This document shows, piece by piece, positions 47,693-61,500 of a stretch of 64,000 nucleotides of DNA. Location: positions 75,146,001-75,210,000 of the forward strand of contig OZ076409.1 of the NCBI GenBank assembly GCA_964187785.1, written 5' to 3'. Under the pieces are notes generated by a model. That model saw only the letters and a list, made by a program, of their open reading frames with translations, searched no databases and was not told the DNA's origin. This DNA comes from Amphiscolops sp. MND2022. Its lineage: Eukaryota. How positions within the stretch are numbered: position 1 is the first letter of the stretch; each line of letters begins with the position of its first letter. Made by a program: the position numbers and the translations under genes.

Positions 47693-50600
47693 GTGGAGGT
47701 TATTTTATAATAATTAAAGTGTTTTTTTCCGGAGTTTGTGGCTTTGGAAAAAACAAAAGGCGAGAAATTGGGCACTCCGGGCTGAACCGTATACACTCAA
47801 AATTCGCCCAATATTTATACGATCTCGAAACCCAGCCGTACGATTTGGCTGAAAATTTGCATGCGGCTAAAAAATCAGATTCTAAGAACTATTTCCTGCT
47901 GACATTTTTTTGAAATTTTTGTGTACGTTTCCCCCCCGCCCCCTAAAGGGGTCAATTTTCCCCAATTTTGCACTTATGAGCCAAATTCTCAAAACTGGTG
48001 GATCTGAGCGTATTCCCGGCGGGGACAACTTTTAACGCGCGCTCCTCAGTAGACCTTTTTGACTTTTAACTTTGGTGGTACGTTCACCCCCCGAGGAGGA
48101 AATGGCGTTTTTGTGACTTCCGGTCGAGGCTTTTTTCACCCAAAAAATAGAATTAAGCCAATTTTGAGCAGGAAGGAGTGGATTTAAAGTGCCTGTACCC
48201 TGCTAAAAATTTGTTGGGCTTGTAGCGATATATCTCATACCAAGTCTGGTTTTCACCCCCAAACCCCCCTTGGGACCAAAATTCACCCAAACTTTTTTTA
48301 CCTCTGTTTGTAGTTTTTTTTGCAAAATGTCGTCATTTCCATGGGTAAGGAGTTGAATTAGGGGCTCCTAATAAGGTACCAATGTTCAAGTACACTTGCA
48401 GTGCAACTGAGTGACCCTTTTGGGGCCTCTCCTGTGTTCGGCGAGGACCGGAAGTGGTGTAAACCCCCCTTTTTTGACGTTTGTTGACCTTGAGACTCGC
48501 GCTTAGATGACGTTTATGTCGCGCAAATCCTACAAACCAGTATTAGGATGACATGCTAGCCTACTAGAGAGCACTAAGGGAAACTATACTATACCGGAAG
48601 TAACCCCCCGTGACCGGAAGTTGTCATTTTTGACCGGAAATGGTCCAAAACATAGCGTAAAAGCAGTTTTCATTGCTTTTGAAGTCAACTTATTACTTTT
48701 TTCAGTCTGCGCGAGCTTGTCTTCAGATTCGTTTTTGTTGTCCGTGCACACTACAACAAATATACATCTGTAGAACTTTTGCTATAATATCGTCGGAGAG
48801 AGAAATAACGGGTTTTCGGAATTTTTTTCAAAAATGTTTGTCTATATCTATCATTTTTACCCAACGTTATTCAACAGTAGAACCACAGGGGTTAGTATCT
48901 GCCAAAATATATGCCTAACAAAACCACTCGTCCCATTGGTTGCAGTTTGAGCGTTCTAGCTTTGCCTGGTCACAAGTTGAGGGACTTCAAATAGTTTCAA
49001 ATTTTTTTGGAAAATTTTTTTTAAACGTCACGTCTCCCAAAGTTAAGAATTTTCCACACAACTAGGATTGCAAGAGAATGCACATGGTAAGACCTATAAA
49101 TCGAGAGAAAAATTCCGTTCAGAACGTCTCTTTATCGTTACGTGACGTTAAAAGATGTTGCTTTGAATGTGAATTTGATAATGCGTCGAGAAGTAAAAGA
49201 GTGTGAATGGATCCTATGTCTCGACAAATACTCATCGCAATACATACGATGAACCCCAATTACCCTCACTTTCAGTTGGCTAGTACATCAGCGTCTTCCA
49301 AGGACCGTTTACCTATTTAAAAATTGTCAAATTCATTATTAATATCAGTTAGCAAGAAATATTTGAGTACATTGTCATCTCTCCCCATCGGGTGAGATGA
49401 GAATGTTCTTGCTAAAAGTCAAGTACTACGGCCCATTTTTGTTTTATTGCGACGTTTTCTGTGCCTTAGCACAAGGATACTTTTATGTCATCTCACTTTT
49501 GTTATACAATCTGACTTGTTGTTATAAAATTCTCGTCATTACTTTACCTAAACTTACTACCATGCATCTTTAACGTCAAAGCCAAATTCATTTAGACGCC
49601 CACCATTCCGTAGGTATGCCGAGGTATGCCTTTCGAAGAAGTATGGCAAAACACAAACGGGCAAATGAAAAGGGCTGAAATTCAGAAACAGTCACAAACA
49701 ATTTTGACTATTTGACCGATGGTAGGTTTTTATATGGAACTTACACATCACTGACATTTCAAAACATTCCAGCTGACGCCCACTTACAAACATCAACGCC
49801 CACGGTCCGTGGGCATGCCGAGGCATGCCCTTCGACGACGTATGGCAAATACCTTTTACGACGTCCCAACTTTCGCTAGGTGGATGTTATTTTATAATAA
49901 TTAAAGTGTTTTTTTCCGGAGTTTGTGGCTTTGGAAAAAACAGAAGTCGAGAAATTTGGCACTCCAGGCTGATCCTGTCTAGTCCAAAATATACTATCAA
50001 AAATGACCCATTTTTCTCCGATCTCGAAACCCAACCGTAGGATTTGGCTGAAAATTTGCATGTGGCTCCAAGTCAATGAGTGATGAAAAAGTGTAGAAGT
50101 GACTTTTCCTGGGAAAATTGTTTTTGTTGCACTTTTTGCGCAATTTTTGGCCGATTGTTGCGTTTTTTATGTCACTTTCGACTTTTCAGGCAAAAAACTC
50201 ATGGATGCTTTGATCCTAGCGCATCAAGTGTTACGACCAAAAAGTTACAACATGTTCTTTTACGTATGCTGAGAAAATTTGGTCGCAATCGTATTACCCC
50301 CCACTGAGATAGAGGGGAACTTCCGGTGGATTTTAGCACCCTGAAAACGAGGACCTCCTCAATTTCAGCAGGAAGCGGTAGTTTTAGCGTTCTCATACCC
50401 TGCTGACGTTTTGTTGGGCATATTGAGTTAGTCATGATATCATGTGTTCAGTTCACCCCCCATCACCCCCTGGACCGGAAATGAACTTTTTGTGCACTAT
50501 CATACCGGAAGTCTCCAATTTCAACGTTAAGCAGTCCTTGTACGAGCAACTACCAGGACATCAAAATTGAAGTACCACCTAAAGTCAATGCAGTGACTAC

Positions 50601-52059
50601 GTGTTGTCCAGTCATAGGTTCCGCAATGACCGGAAATGGGGTCAAATCCCCCTTTTTTGTTGCTTTTTAACAATTTGACTAGTGTTTGGTCCACATTCAA
50701 GTCACATAATTCAATTGAACCAGTGTGAGCATAAACTGTATGTTCACTGCGTAGACGTAACTGACACTGACAGGTACCGGAAGTAACCCCCCCATAACCG
50801 GAAGTTGTCATTTTTGACCGGAAATGGTCCAAAATGTAGCGTAAAATCAGTTTTTCACTGCTTTTTGAAGTCAATTTAATTCATTTTCAATATTGGCGAG
50901 CTTGTATTCAGGTTCGTTTTTGTTACCCGTGCACTTTGCAACAAATATACATCTGTAAAGTTTTCTCCATAATATCTTCGGATAGAGAAATAACGTGTTT
51001 TCGGGACTTTTTTCAAAAATATTACACTATATCTGTCATTTTTACCCAAAGTTTTTCAACAGTACAACCACAGTGGTTAGTCTCTGCCCAAATGTATGCC
51101 TAACAAAACTATTTGGCCCATTGACCTCAGTTTGAGCGTTCCAGCTTTGCGTGGTCATAAGCTAAGGGACTTGAAAAATTTTCAAACTTTTTCAAAAGAA
51201 CAATTTCTCACCTTCATGTCTCCCAAAGTAAAGAAACTTCCACACAACTAGGATTGGAAGTGGATGCATGTGACAAGCCCTATAATTAAAGAAAAAAATG
51301 CCACTAAGAACGTCTCTCTATCGTAACTTGATGTTAACGTATGATACTTTGAATGAGAGCTTGATAAGAGGTCGAGAAGTCAAAGTGTGTAAATGGAACG
51401 TATGTCTCGTCGAAAACTCATCGGAATACGTTCAATGAACCCCAATTGTCCTCAATTGCAGATGCCTAGTGCAACACCGTCTTTCAGGGACATTTTACAC
51501 AATTCCATAAGTGTCAAAATTATTTTTAAATTCAGTTAGCAAGAAACACTTGAGTACATTCTCATCTGTCCCCAGCGGGTGAGATGAGAATGTTCCTGCT
51601 AAAAACCAGGTACTACGGCCCACTTTTGTTTTGTTGCGACGCATTCTCTGCTTTAGCACATATATATATTTATTTCTCCTGATTTTTTGTACACACTCTA
51701 ACTTGTTATTATAAACTTCTCGTCATTACTTTACATAAATTTACAACGTTATCGTCAACGCCACATACATTTAGACGCCCACCATTCCGTAGGTATGTCG
51801 AGGCATACCTTTGATTACATGTCAAAACGCAAACGCGATAAAAATTGCTGAAATTCAGAAACAGTGACAAACGATTTTGACTATTTGAAGTATGGTAGGT
51901 TTTTTTATGGAACTTACACATCACTGACATTTCACAACATTCCAGCTGACGCCCACATACCAACATCAACGCCCACCGTCCGTGGGCATGCCGAGGCATG
52001 CCCTTCGACGACGTATGCCAATTTATTTCATATCTACACCCAACCGCGGTAGCAGCTAG
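47693..52059 (+). mobile_element. Two non-autonomous ~2.18-kb units (47693-49879 and 49880-52059)
   Basis: Lengths are 2187 and 2180 bp. Both share the head GTGGA.G.TATTTTATAA.AATTAAAGTG and the double terminal hairpin with 36434-38609. Confidence 0.85.
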
Positions 52060-52336
52060 GTGGTCGGGGTCGTTTTCCCCATTGATTTTGCCGGCGCGGG
52101 AGATGGGTCCTGAAGCCGGCCCCTAGTACCAATCGAGCATATGAGGAAACAGCAAGTGTTAATCACGATCTCGAAAACTACCCATACGAATTGACTGAAA
52201 TTTGGCACACAGCTGCATGATCAAATTCTAAGAACTTTTTCCTGCTGACGTTTTGCGGGGAAATTTGTATATGTTGACTTTTGGTCAAAAAACCGGATAT
52301 AACGTCGAAAATGAACGTTATATCCGAATTGTTGTA

Positions 52337-55300
52337 ATAACTTTTTTCCAGGGCATCCTAGCGATTTTGGTTGCTCCTACGGTGCGTTGCAGCATCTGAA
52401 AATACATCTGCTGACAAATTTTGGTAGCAATCGGATCACCCCCCGCCGAGATAGAGGGGTACCCCCCTCCGATTTTACCCCGAAAATTTGGGAAAATGCC
52501 AATTTTGAGCATGAAGCCGTAAATTTAGCGTGCCGGTACCCCCCTAAAAAATTGTTGGGCGTAAAAAATTACAGCCGATAGCAAGTATGCTTGTTACCCC
52601 CCTACCCCCCTGAGACCGGAAATGACATTTTTTTGTACTTTCAGACCGGAAATCTAAATTTTTACAAATTCAGGCCACCCAAAGTCGCGAAACCTCCACA
52701 CAACTAGGATTGCGAGTGAATGCATGTGGAAAGCCCTTGTTTCAAGGAGAAAAATGCCGTTTAGAACGACTTTTTATCTTAATTTGACGTTGACTTATGA
52801 TATTTTGAAGGTGAGATTGGAGTGAGTGAACTACTAACTTTTGTCTAAACACAGATTTATCGTCAAGTCGAAATTCAAAAATCAGCTTTTGAACCGCTAA
52901 AAACTACTTCGATGCAACCAGTGGGGCACAAGATATTCGAAAACACGAATTGGATTGGTACAAGTGGCTTCAATATCATATGGGCAGCGATAAGAAGTTA
53001 TTCATAAAAAAACTTATCAATTGAAGTAAACATCTCGGAGGCCTGGAATCACAGTGAAAAGTTACTTCAATAAAAATTTACTCGTTTCTGTCAATCACTG
53101 TGTACACAAAACCCGTAGGGTAAGTTTCAGCACTAAGAAGAGATTTTTGAAGAAATCGGACTGCTCAATGTGTGACTTTTTACCATTTGACGTTATTTTG
53201 TTGCGTTTCTTATGTCTATTTTGCGTTTCTTTCGTCATAACTTTTTTCCAGGGTTTCATAGCCATTTTTGTTGCTCCTATGTTGCGTTGCAGCATCTGAA
53301 AATACGTCTGCTGACAAATTTTGGTTGCAATCGGATCACCCCCCGCCGAGATAGAAGGGTACCCCCCTCCGATTTGACCCCGAAAATATGGGAAAATGCC
53401 AATTTTCAGCATGAAGCCGTGGGTTTAGCGTGCGCGTACCCTGCTAAAAAATTGTTGGCCGTAAAAGACTACAGCCGATAGCAGATATGCTTGTTACCCC
53501 CCAACCCCCTTGAGACCGGAAATGACATTTCTTTTGTACTTTCAGACCGGAAATCTAAATTTTTACAAATTCAGGCCACCCAAAGTCGAGAAACCTCCAC
53601 ACAACTAGGATTGCAAGTGAATGCATGTGGAAAGCCCTTGTTTCAAGGAGAAATATGCCGTTTAGAACGACTTTTTATCTTAACTTGACGTTGACTTATG
53701 ATATTTTGAAGGTGAGATTGGAGTGTGTGAAGTACTAAGTTTTGTCTAAACACAGATTTATGGTCAAGTCGAAATTCAGAAATCAGCTTTTGAACCGCTA
53801 AAAACCACTTCGATGCAACCAGTGGGGCACAAAATATTCGAAAACACGAATGGGGTTGGTACAAGTGGCTTCAATATCATATGAGCAGCGATAAGACGTT
53901 ATTCATAAAAAAACTTATTATTTGTAGTAAACATCTCGGAAGCCTGCAATCACAGTGAAAAGTGATTTCAATAAAAATTTTACTCGTTTCTGTCAATCAC
54001 AATGTACACAGAATCTGTAGGGTAAGTTTCAGCACTAAAATGAGATTTTTGAAGAAATCGGACTGCTCAATGTGTGACTTTTTACCATTTGACGTTATTT
54101 TGTTGCGTTTCTTATGTCTATTTTGCGTTTCTTTCGTCATAACTTTTTTCCAGGACATCATAGCCATTTTTGTTGCACCTATGTTGCGTTGCAGCATCTG
54201 AAAATACGTCTGCTGACAAATATTGGTTGCAATCGGATCACCCCCCGCCGAGATAGAAGGGTACCCCCCTCCGATTTGACTCCGAAAATTTGGGAAAAAG
54301 CCACTTTTGAGCATGAAGCCGTGGATTTAGCGTGCGTGTACCCTGCTAAAAAATTGTTGGGCGTATTAAATTACAGCCGATAGCAGATATGCCGGTTACC
54401 CCCTACCCCCTTGAGACCGGAAATGACGTTTCTTTTGTACTTTCAGACCGGAAATCTAAGTTTTTACAAATTCAGGCCACCCAAAGTCGAGAAACCTCCA
54501 CACAACTAGAATTGCAAGTGAATGCATGTGGAAAGCCCTTGTTTCAAGGAGAAATATGCCGTTTAGAACGAATTTTTATCTCAACTTGACGTTGACTAAT
54601 GATATTCTGAAGGTGAGATTGGAGTGTGTGAAGTACTAAGTTTTGTCTAAACACAGATTTATCGTCAGGTCGAAATACAAAAATCAGCTTTTGAACCGCT
54701 AAAAACTACTTCGATGCAACCAGTGGGGCACAAGATATTCGAAAACACGAATGGGGTTGGTACAAGTGGCTTCAATATCATATGGGCAGCGATAAGAAGT
54801 TATTCATGAAAAAACTTATCAATTGAAGTAAACATCTCGTAGGCCTGGAATCACAGTGAAAAGTGATTTCAATTAAAATTTACTCGTTTCTGTCAATCAC
54901 TATGTACACAGAACCCGTAGGGTAAGTTTCAGCACTAAAATGAGATTTTTGTAGAAATCGGACTGCTCAATGTGTGACTTTTTACCATTTGACGTTATTT
55001 TGTTGCGTTTCTTATGTCTATTTTGCGTTTCTTTCGTCATTACTTTTTTCCAGGACATCATAGCCATTTTTGTTGCTCCTATGTTGCGTTGCAGCATCTG
55101 AAAATACGTCTGCTGACAAATTTTGGTTGCAATCGGATCATCCCCCGCCGAGATAGAAGGGTACCCCCCTCCGATTTGACCCCAAAAATTTGGGAAAATG
55201 CTAATTTTGAGCATGAAGCCGTGGGTTTAGCGTGCGTGTACCCTGCTAAAAAATTGTCGGGCGTATTAAGTTACAGCCGATAGCAGATATGCTTGTTACC

Positions 55301-56775
55301 CCACTACCCCCTTGAGACCGGAAATGACCTTTATTTTGTACTTTCAGACCGGGAATCTAAATTTTTACAAATTCAGGCCACCCAAAGTCGAGAAACCTCC
55401 ACACAACTAGGATTGCAAGTGAATGCATGTGGAAAGCCCTTGTTTCAAGGAGAAATTTACCGTTTAGATTGACTTTTTATCTCAACTTGACGTTGACTTA
55501 TGATATTTTGAATGTGAGATTGGAGTGTGTGAAGTACTAAGTTTTGTCTAAACACAGATTTATCGTCAAGTCGAAATTCAGAAATCAGCTTTTGAACCGC
55601 TAAAAACTACTTCGATGCAACCAGTGGGGCACAAGATATTCGAAAACACGAATGGGATTGGTACAAGTGGCTTCAATATCATATGAGCAGCGATAAGACG
55701 TTATTCATAAAAAAACTTATCAATTGAAGTAAACATCTCGGAGGCCTGGAATCACAGTGAAAAGTGATTTCAATAAAAATTTACTCGTTTCTGTCAATCA
55801 CTATGTACACAGAACCCGTAGGGTAAGTTTCAGCACTAAAATGAGATTTTTGAAGAAATCGGACTGCTCAATGTGTGACTTTTTACCATTTGACGTTATT
55901 TTGTTGCGTTTCTTATGGCTATTTTGCGTTTCTTTCGTCATAATTTTTTTCCAGGACATCATAGCCATTTTTGTTGCCCCTATGTTGCGTTGCAGCATCT
56001 GAAAATACGTCTGCTGACAAATTTTGGTTGCAATCGGATCACCCCCCGCCGAGATAGAAGGGTACCCCCCTCTGATTTTACACCCCAAATTTGTAAAAAT
56101 GCCAATTTTGAGCATGAAGCTGTGGATTTAGCGTGTCCGTACCCCTCTGAAAATTTGTCGGGCGTTATAAGTTACAGCTGATAACATGTATGTTTTTGAC
56201 CCCCTACCCCCATGAGACCGGAAATGACATTTTTTATGTACTTTCAGACCGGAAATCAACATTTTTACAGATTCAAGCCACCCAAAGTCAAGAAACGTCC
56301 ACACAACTAGGATTGCAAGTGAATGCATGTGGAAAGCCCTTGTTTCAGGGAGAAAAATCCCGTTTAGAACGTCGTTTTATCTTAACCTGACGTTGAGTTA
56401 TGTTGTTTTGAAGGTGCGATTGGGGTGTGTGAAGTACCAAATATAGTCTGAAACACCCATTTTTCGTGAAGTCAATTTTCGAAATTCGGCTTTTGAAGCA
56501 CAAATATTCACTCTGACGTAACCAGTAGGGCCCATGATACTCGAAAACACGAATGGTACTGGTGCCAATGATTCCAATAGCATATGAGCAGCGATAAAAC
56601 ATTATTCATAGCAAAATTTCTCAATTGAAGTAAACATCTCGCAATCCTGGGATCACAGTGAAATGTAAATTCATCAAAAATTTACTCATTTTTGTCAATC
56701 ACTATGTGCACAGAGTGCGTAGGGGAAGTTCCAGCACTATAATGATGTTTTTGAAGGTATCGGGTTGCTCAAGGG
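52337..56775 (+). repeat. About five tandem copies of a ~900-bp repeat
   Basis: GTTGCAGCATCTGAAAATAC recurs at about 52387, 53287, 54188, 55088 and 55989. The last copy is more diverged and the boundaries are approximate. Confidence 0.92.
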
Positions 56776-58380
56776 GTGGTATTAGACATTTTTTTCCTTA
56801 ATTCTACTGTATTTTCCAAAACTTTTAGCCCATTATCTGGAAAAACTAACTTGACAAAATACTTTCAATAACTTTATTCAAAGGTTACAATGTAGATGAA
56901 CCCTGTGGTTGATCAGAAACTCTCAGTTCTTTTGTTTTCCGAGATAATTCCCTACCCATGCGTTACATTTGTATCAGAAAAAAAGTAGAAGCTAAAAATT
57001 ACGCTATTTTGCCAAGATAGAATCGCAACGATTGTGCCTAAAAACACTTAAAATACTTCTAACGCCACCTTACGGACCCAAATTGATCGAAAATGCTATT
57101 CACAATGCTGACATGTGCTCTTTTTACGATCCAGCCTGCTCAATTTTTGCATATTTTACAAGTAGCTGTTGACTGAATCTTGTGATAGCCTTTCAAGTTG
57201 GCCTTGTGTCAACTTGGGAAGGCTATCACCACAAAAAACTCTGAACAAAGTCACTTCTCGTTCATGGGATAATGCTTTTGATAGTCGTTTTCGTGATTCT
57301 ATCCTACCGTTAGTACCTTTCATCAAGTCAGCTATCGATTACTTTGTCTTTGAGAAAAACCTATTAACTTGAAGACAATTTTCAATATTTTGTGACAAGA
57401 AATTACTATTAAAACACATTTTTTAAATCTAACCATTAAATACGATACCTTCAATTTTCTTTACCGTTATCAGGCCCACCCTACCCGTACGTCCTCGTAC
57501 CCCAACACAACAAAATCCCAAAGTCAACACCACACACTCGCATCAATGACCACAGTCCGTGAAGGTAATCACTTTTGATTACCAAGATACCAGAAACTGT
57601 TAACAAAATTTTGTTTTTCATGCACAAGAGTGAGCTGAAAGACGATTGAAAATAGAAAAAGATGATTCCACAACCTTTTATATCTTCCTATTTAAACTAA
57701 TGTGTTCCTGTTTAGCATCAGAACCAATACTGACGCAATCTCATTACCCGACGTCACACACCCTCATCAAGGCCCACCGTCCTTGGGCATGCCGAGGCAA
57801 ATATTTCAACAACATGTGCCAAGTGCACTTTATCGATGCCCGCGCTTATCTGTAAGACTTAGAAGTATCACAAGGTTTTTAAAAAGTTTTCAGCCTATCA
57901 GTGTCAGCATCCATCTATAAAAGGAGGATTGCAAGTGAATACATGTAGCACGCTGTTTAGTAGAGCTAAAAATGCTGTTGCAAATGTCTCTTTATCTTAC
58001 GTTGACAATGATGTATATTCTTTTGGTTGTGAAACTGGAACGGGGTATGAAATCGAAAGATGACAAAAGAGCTTCAGTTTCATATGAAAGGTATTGCCAT
58101 AAAAATAGTAGAAAACCTCAATACATGTTCGGTTGTTCTTCTGTAGTGAACACTTCTCTATCTTAAGACGACTTGTTACGCTACGGAACTACAAGTGTTA
58201 TGCATTTAAAGGGAAAAATTGAGAGTAGATAGCATATGGTTTCCTGGCACTCGCTAAAGTCAGGTGCTACGTCCAACATCTGTCTTCAGCCTATGTAAAA
58301 AAAAGGATTGCACATGGATACCTTTGTTTTATCTACCATCTCCTATTTTACACTGAATTGACATTCTGAATGTTCTGTCA

Positions 58381-58429
58381 TTACATTACCTTACTTTACT
58401 TTACTTTACTTTACATTACCTAACTTTAC
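58381..58429 (+). repeat. Short (TTTAC)n-like microsatellite
   Basis: TTACATTACCTTACTTTACTTTACTTTACTTTACATTACCTAACTTTAC lies just upstream of a terminal hairpin. Confidence 0.8.
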
Positions 58430-58551
58430 CACGATACAACTCTAACGTCAACGCCACACACTCTTATCAACGCCCACCGTCCGTAGGCATGCCGAGGCAT
58501 GCCTTTCGACGACGTATACCAAATCTCTTCCCCCGACGCCCGCGGTTCTTG

Positions 58552-61500
58552 GTGGTCAGTGCTGTTGCGTTCATTTTTTTCCGGCCGTGGGGGAGGGCCC
58601 CTCTGAGGCCGGTCATTTTTCAGGTAACAGCTTTCTTATACAAAAAAGCGGGAAAAAACCTCAGTGCTCAAATCCCAACCGTCAGAATGAGCTGAAATTT
58701 GGCATGTAGCTAGTGCATTGCAAATGATTAGGATGGGTTATAACGCTATGTTTGGCAAAATTGGTTTTGTTGCATTTTTTTTGTCATATAGGGCCAAAAA
58801 TGGCCTTTTTTGCGTATTTTTTGCTTGACTAGCTAATAACTCGCGTTGGGTTGGTACTAGCGATACGGGTGTGGGGTATGGAATTGAAAGATTACCAAGT
58901 ACCTTGCTGATGACGTTATTTGATTTCCGCTCACATCACCCCCCACGCCGGAAATGCCCAATTTGTCACTTCCGGTCGCTATTTTTGACTTTTTTGGATG
59001 GAGTTAAAACCCATTTCCGGTGTGAAGGAGTAGGTTGAGCGCTCCAACCACGATTTACTAAAAGTAGGTTTAGACAAAGTCCTTTCAAGAAAAAAGTAAT
59101 ATGAGCCCGTACCTATCACCCGCTCACCGGAAATAGGGGTCACGCCTCCTTTTTCTGTGTTGCAAAAGTGACATGTGCACATTTGTCCAACTCCGAAGCC
59201 CCGGAGCACCGTGGGACCCTTATACTTTCTAAACACCTATCCCACACGCTACCGGAAGTGACCGGAAGTTTCACCGGAAATGACATCCTTGGACCGGAAA
59301 TGGTCAAAAAATGACTTTTCAATGCAAAATAGACACATTTGGTGCGATTTTTAGGCAAAAAGCATAGTTCGTGAAACGCTTGTTGCAGTTGGAAGGGCCA
59401 TTGTTCAGCAAGAATGCGTACAGCATTACGTAGCACATCAAGTAGTTGATACTTTTTCGTCCATAATATCCTTAGGACCGGAAATGGCCATTTTTGAATC
59501 GGAAACTTCTTCAGCTTGATTTTTAACAGGTTTTTCCGCAATATTAGCGTAGGAATTGCTCGTCGGATGCTGTAGGTCTATTTTAAAACTAGCTAACTGC
59601 TTCTTAGAAATGTATTTCAGAAGTCCCAACCAATTCCAGAATACCGGAAATAAGAGTAATTGCCTCCTTTATGACCTTTGAATAATAAATTGTTAAAATC
59701 CGCATATTATTTTTTTCCACACTTGTTGCTGAGATTATATCTAAGCAATAACATGTGCTTGTCATGAAGTGCTGTAATGTGGGAGTTACGAATATTGCTA
59801 TTTAAGAGTATTACATACGTGAATATCCGCCGTAATAAAGATTTTTTAAAACAACCACTTTTGAAGTCCTATAGATTGTCCGCACACCCGAAACAATTCA
59901 AGTTTCTAGTTTCGATTTTAAGGCTTCCGCGACTATTTAGTTGAGATGATAGTTTTCACGTTCTCTGCAAAACGTGCATTTCATTGTGTTTTTGACATTT
60001 ATTGGGCTGTTTCACATTGTAATTCAAAACTAATTGATCATACAATTTGGAACAATTGAAAATTTTCAATTGAACATTAAATGTTTTAATAGTTTCTCTT
60101 TCGTTGAAGATACTATTTTGTGGCCATTAGAACAGGTTGAATTAGTTGAATAAGTAGCCAGTGCGATACATCGTTTAATACATAGCGTTTGACATCGGTT
60201 TTTTTGCGAACAAAGACAAGCATGATTTGTTGAAAGTTTTTACCATATCGCTTCAAATCGGGTGTGACAAACAAGGAATTTCTCGTTTTATGTGCTACTC
60301 CGAAAGCAACCTGAAAACGCAAATCGATCTATTGAATTATCGAGATGAAACTAAGCATTTCAAGTCTGGATTTCAATTTAATTCTATCACTCCGGTCTAT
60401 TTTTATGTTGCAAGAGTGATAAAGCGTGTTAGCAAGGTTAAACACATCGAACAATTTTAATAATAAAGCCTCCGGAAAGGGAACAAAAAATGAGTTTTCC
60501 TGTCAAAACTATGATAACCACGTACGAAACATCAAGTTTTTGTATTGTTCAATAGTCCAAAACGTGAATGAAGTTTTTAAATATCCAAGCGTTTCTAATC
60601 AAGCATGCGTTTCAAATGTCTGACAGGGCAGCATCGTTCTCAAAAAACATTGCTTTCAATGTGGTTTGATACCAGCAAAACGAACGTAGGCACAACCAGA
60701 TTCTCAAATTTCTTGCAAAACAGCCGATTTCTTTGAAAATCCTAATTGATTTCACAGGGTATATGGTGAAACCCTGTTGGATTCCAAAAATGAAAAGCTG
60801 ATTTCTTGGGTTTGCGAGATAAAAGACAACGGGAATCTGAAAGCAAGTCATCTCAATAAAATACCTGTTGCTCTTTAAACAAATGGATTTTAGTAGTGGA
60901 AATTTTTTCTCAGACACTTTCGATCAGAGAATGTTTGAGTCCTAACGTTCGAATCAGGTTGGTTTCAGGTGGCTCGAAGTGCCAGCTGAACCAACCTTTC
61001 AAATAAAGAAAAACCCCACATCTCCCTTCATGCCACGCTACCCCGTATAGCGTTTCAACTTGACAGAAGTTGGAACGTTTGATTTTGGCGTCGCTTGGGA
61101 TTGACACACCAGTGTTGATACTAAATTTGGCAAAGAGAAATCGCAGAAATGATTGTTTCTTTTTTTTCCCTTTGATTTAGTCTGTCGAGCGTACAAAGCA
61201 GTTTGGGAAACTAACTTGCATTTCCACTGAACGAAAAAAAGTAGTAGCCTTGCAAACTCCTGGAAGAAATTGAATCAGGTTTTCCTATTTGTGAGATCAG
61301 CTGTCACTCAATTATCAATTACTTTTTTAAAAATTTTTAGGAACAACTAACCTAACTCTGCTCGACTCTCTTGAATAATGCAACAATCGTTTACTGATCT
61401 GTACTCGTGAGAAAAAAATCAACTGCAGGTCCAAAAACAATCTATATATCTTTGGTTTATTCCGTGCAAAGCTTTTTTTCACACCATGTGACTCAACTAT

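Larger units (their letters stand above)
52060..58551 (+). mobile_element. 6492-bp non-autonomous unit with an internal tandem repeat
   Basis: It starts at CTAG|GTG and ends with the A/T-variant hairpin (58485-58504) and CTTG|GTG. Confidence 0.75.
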
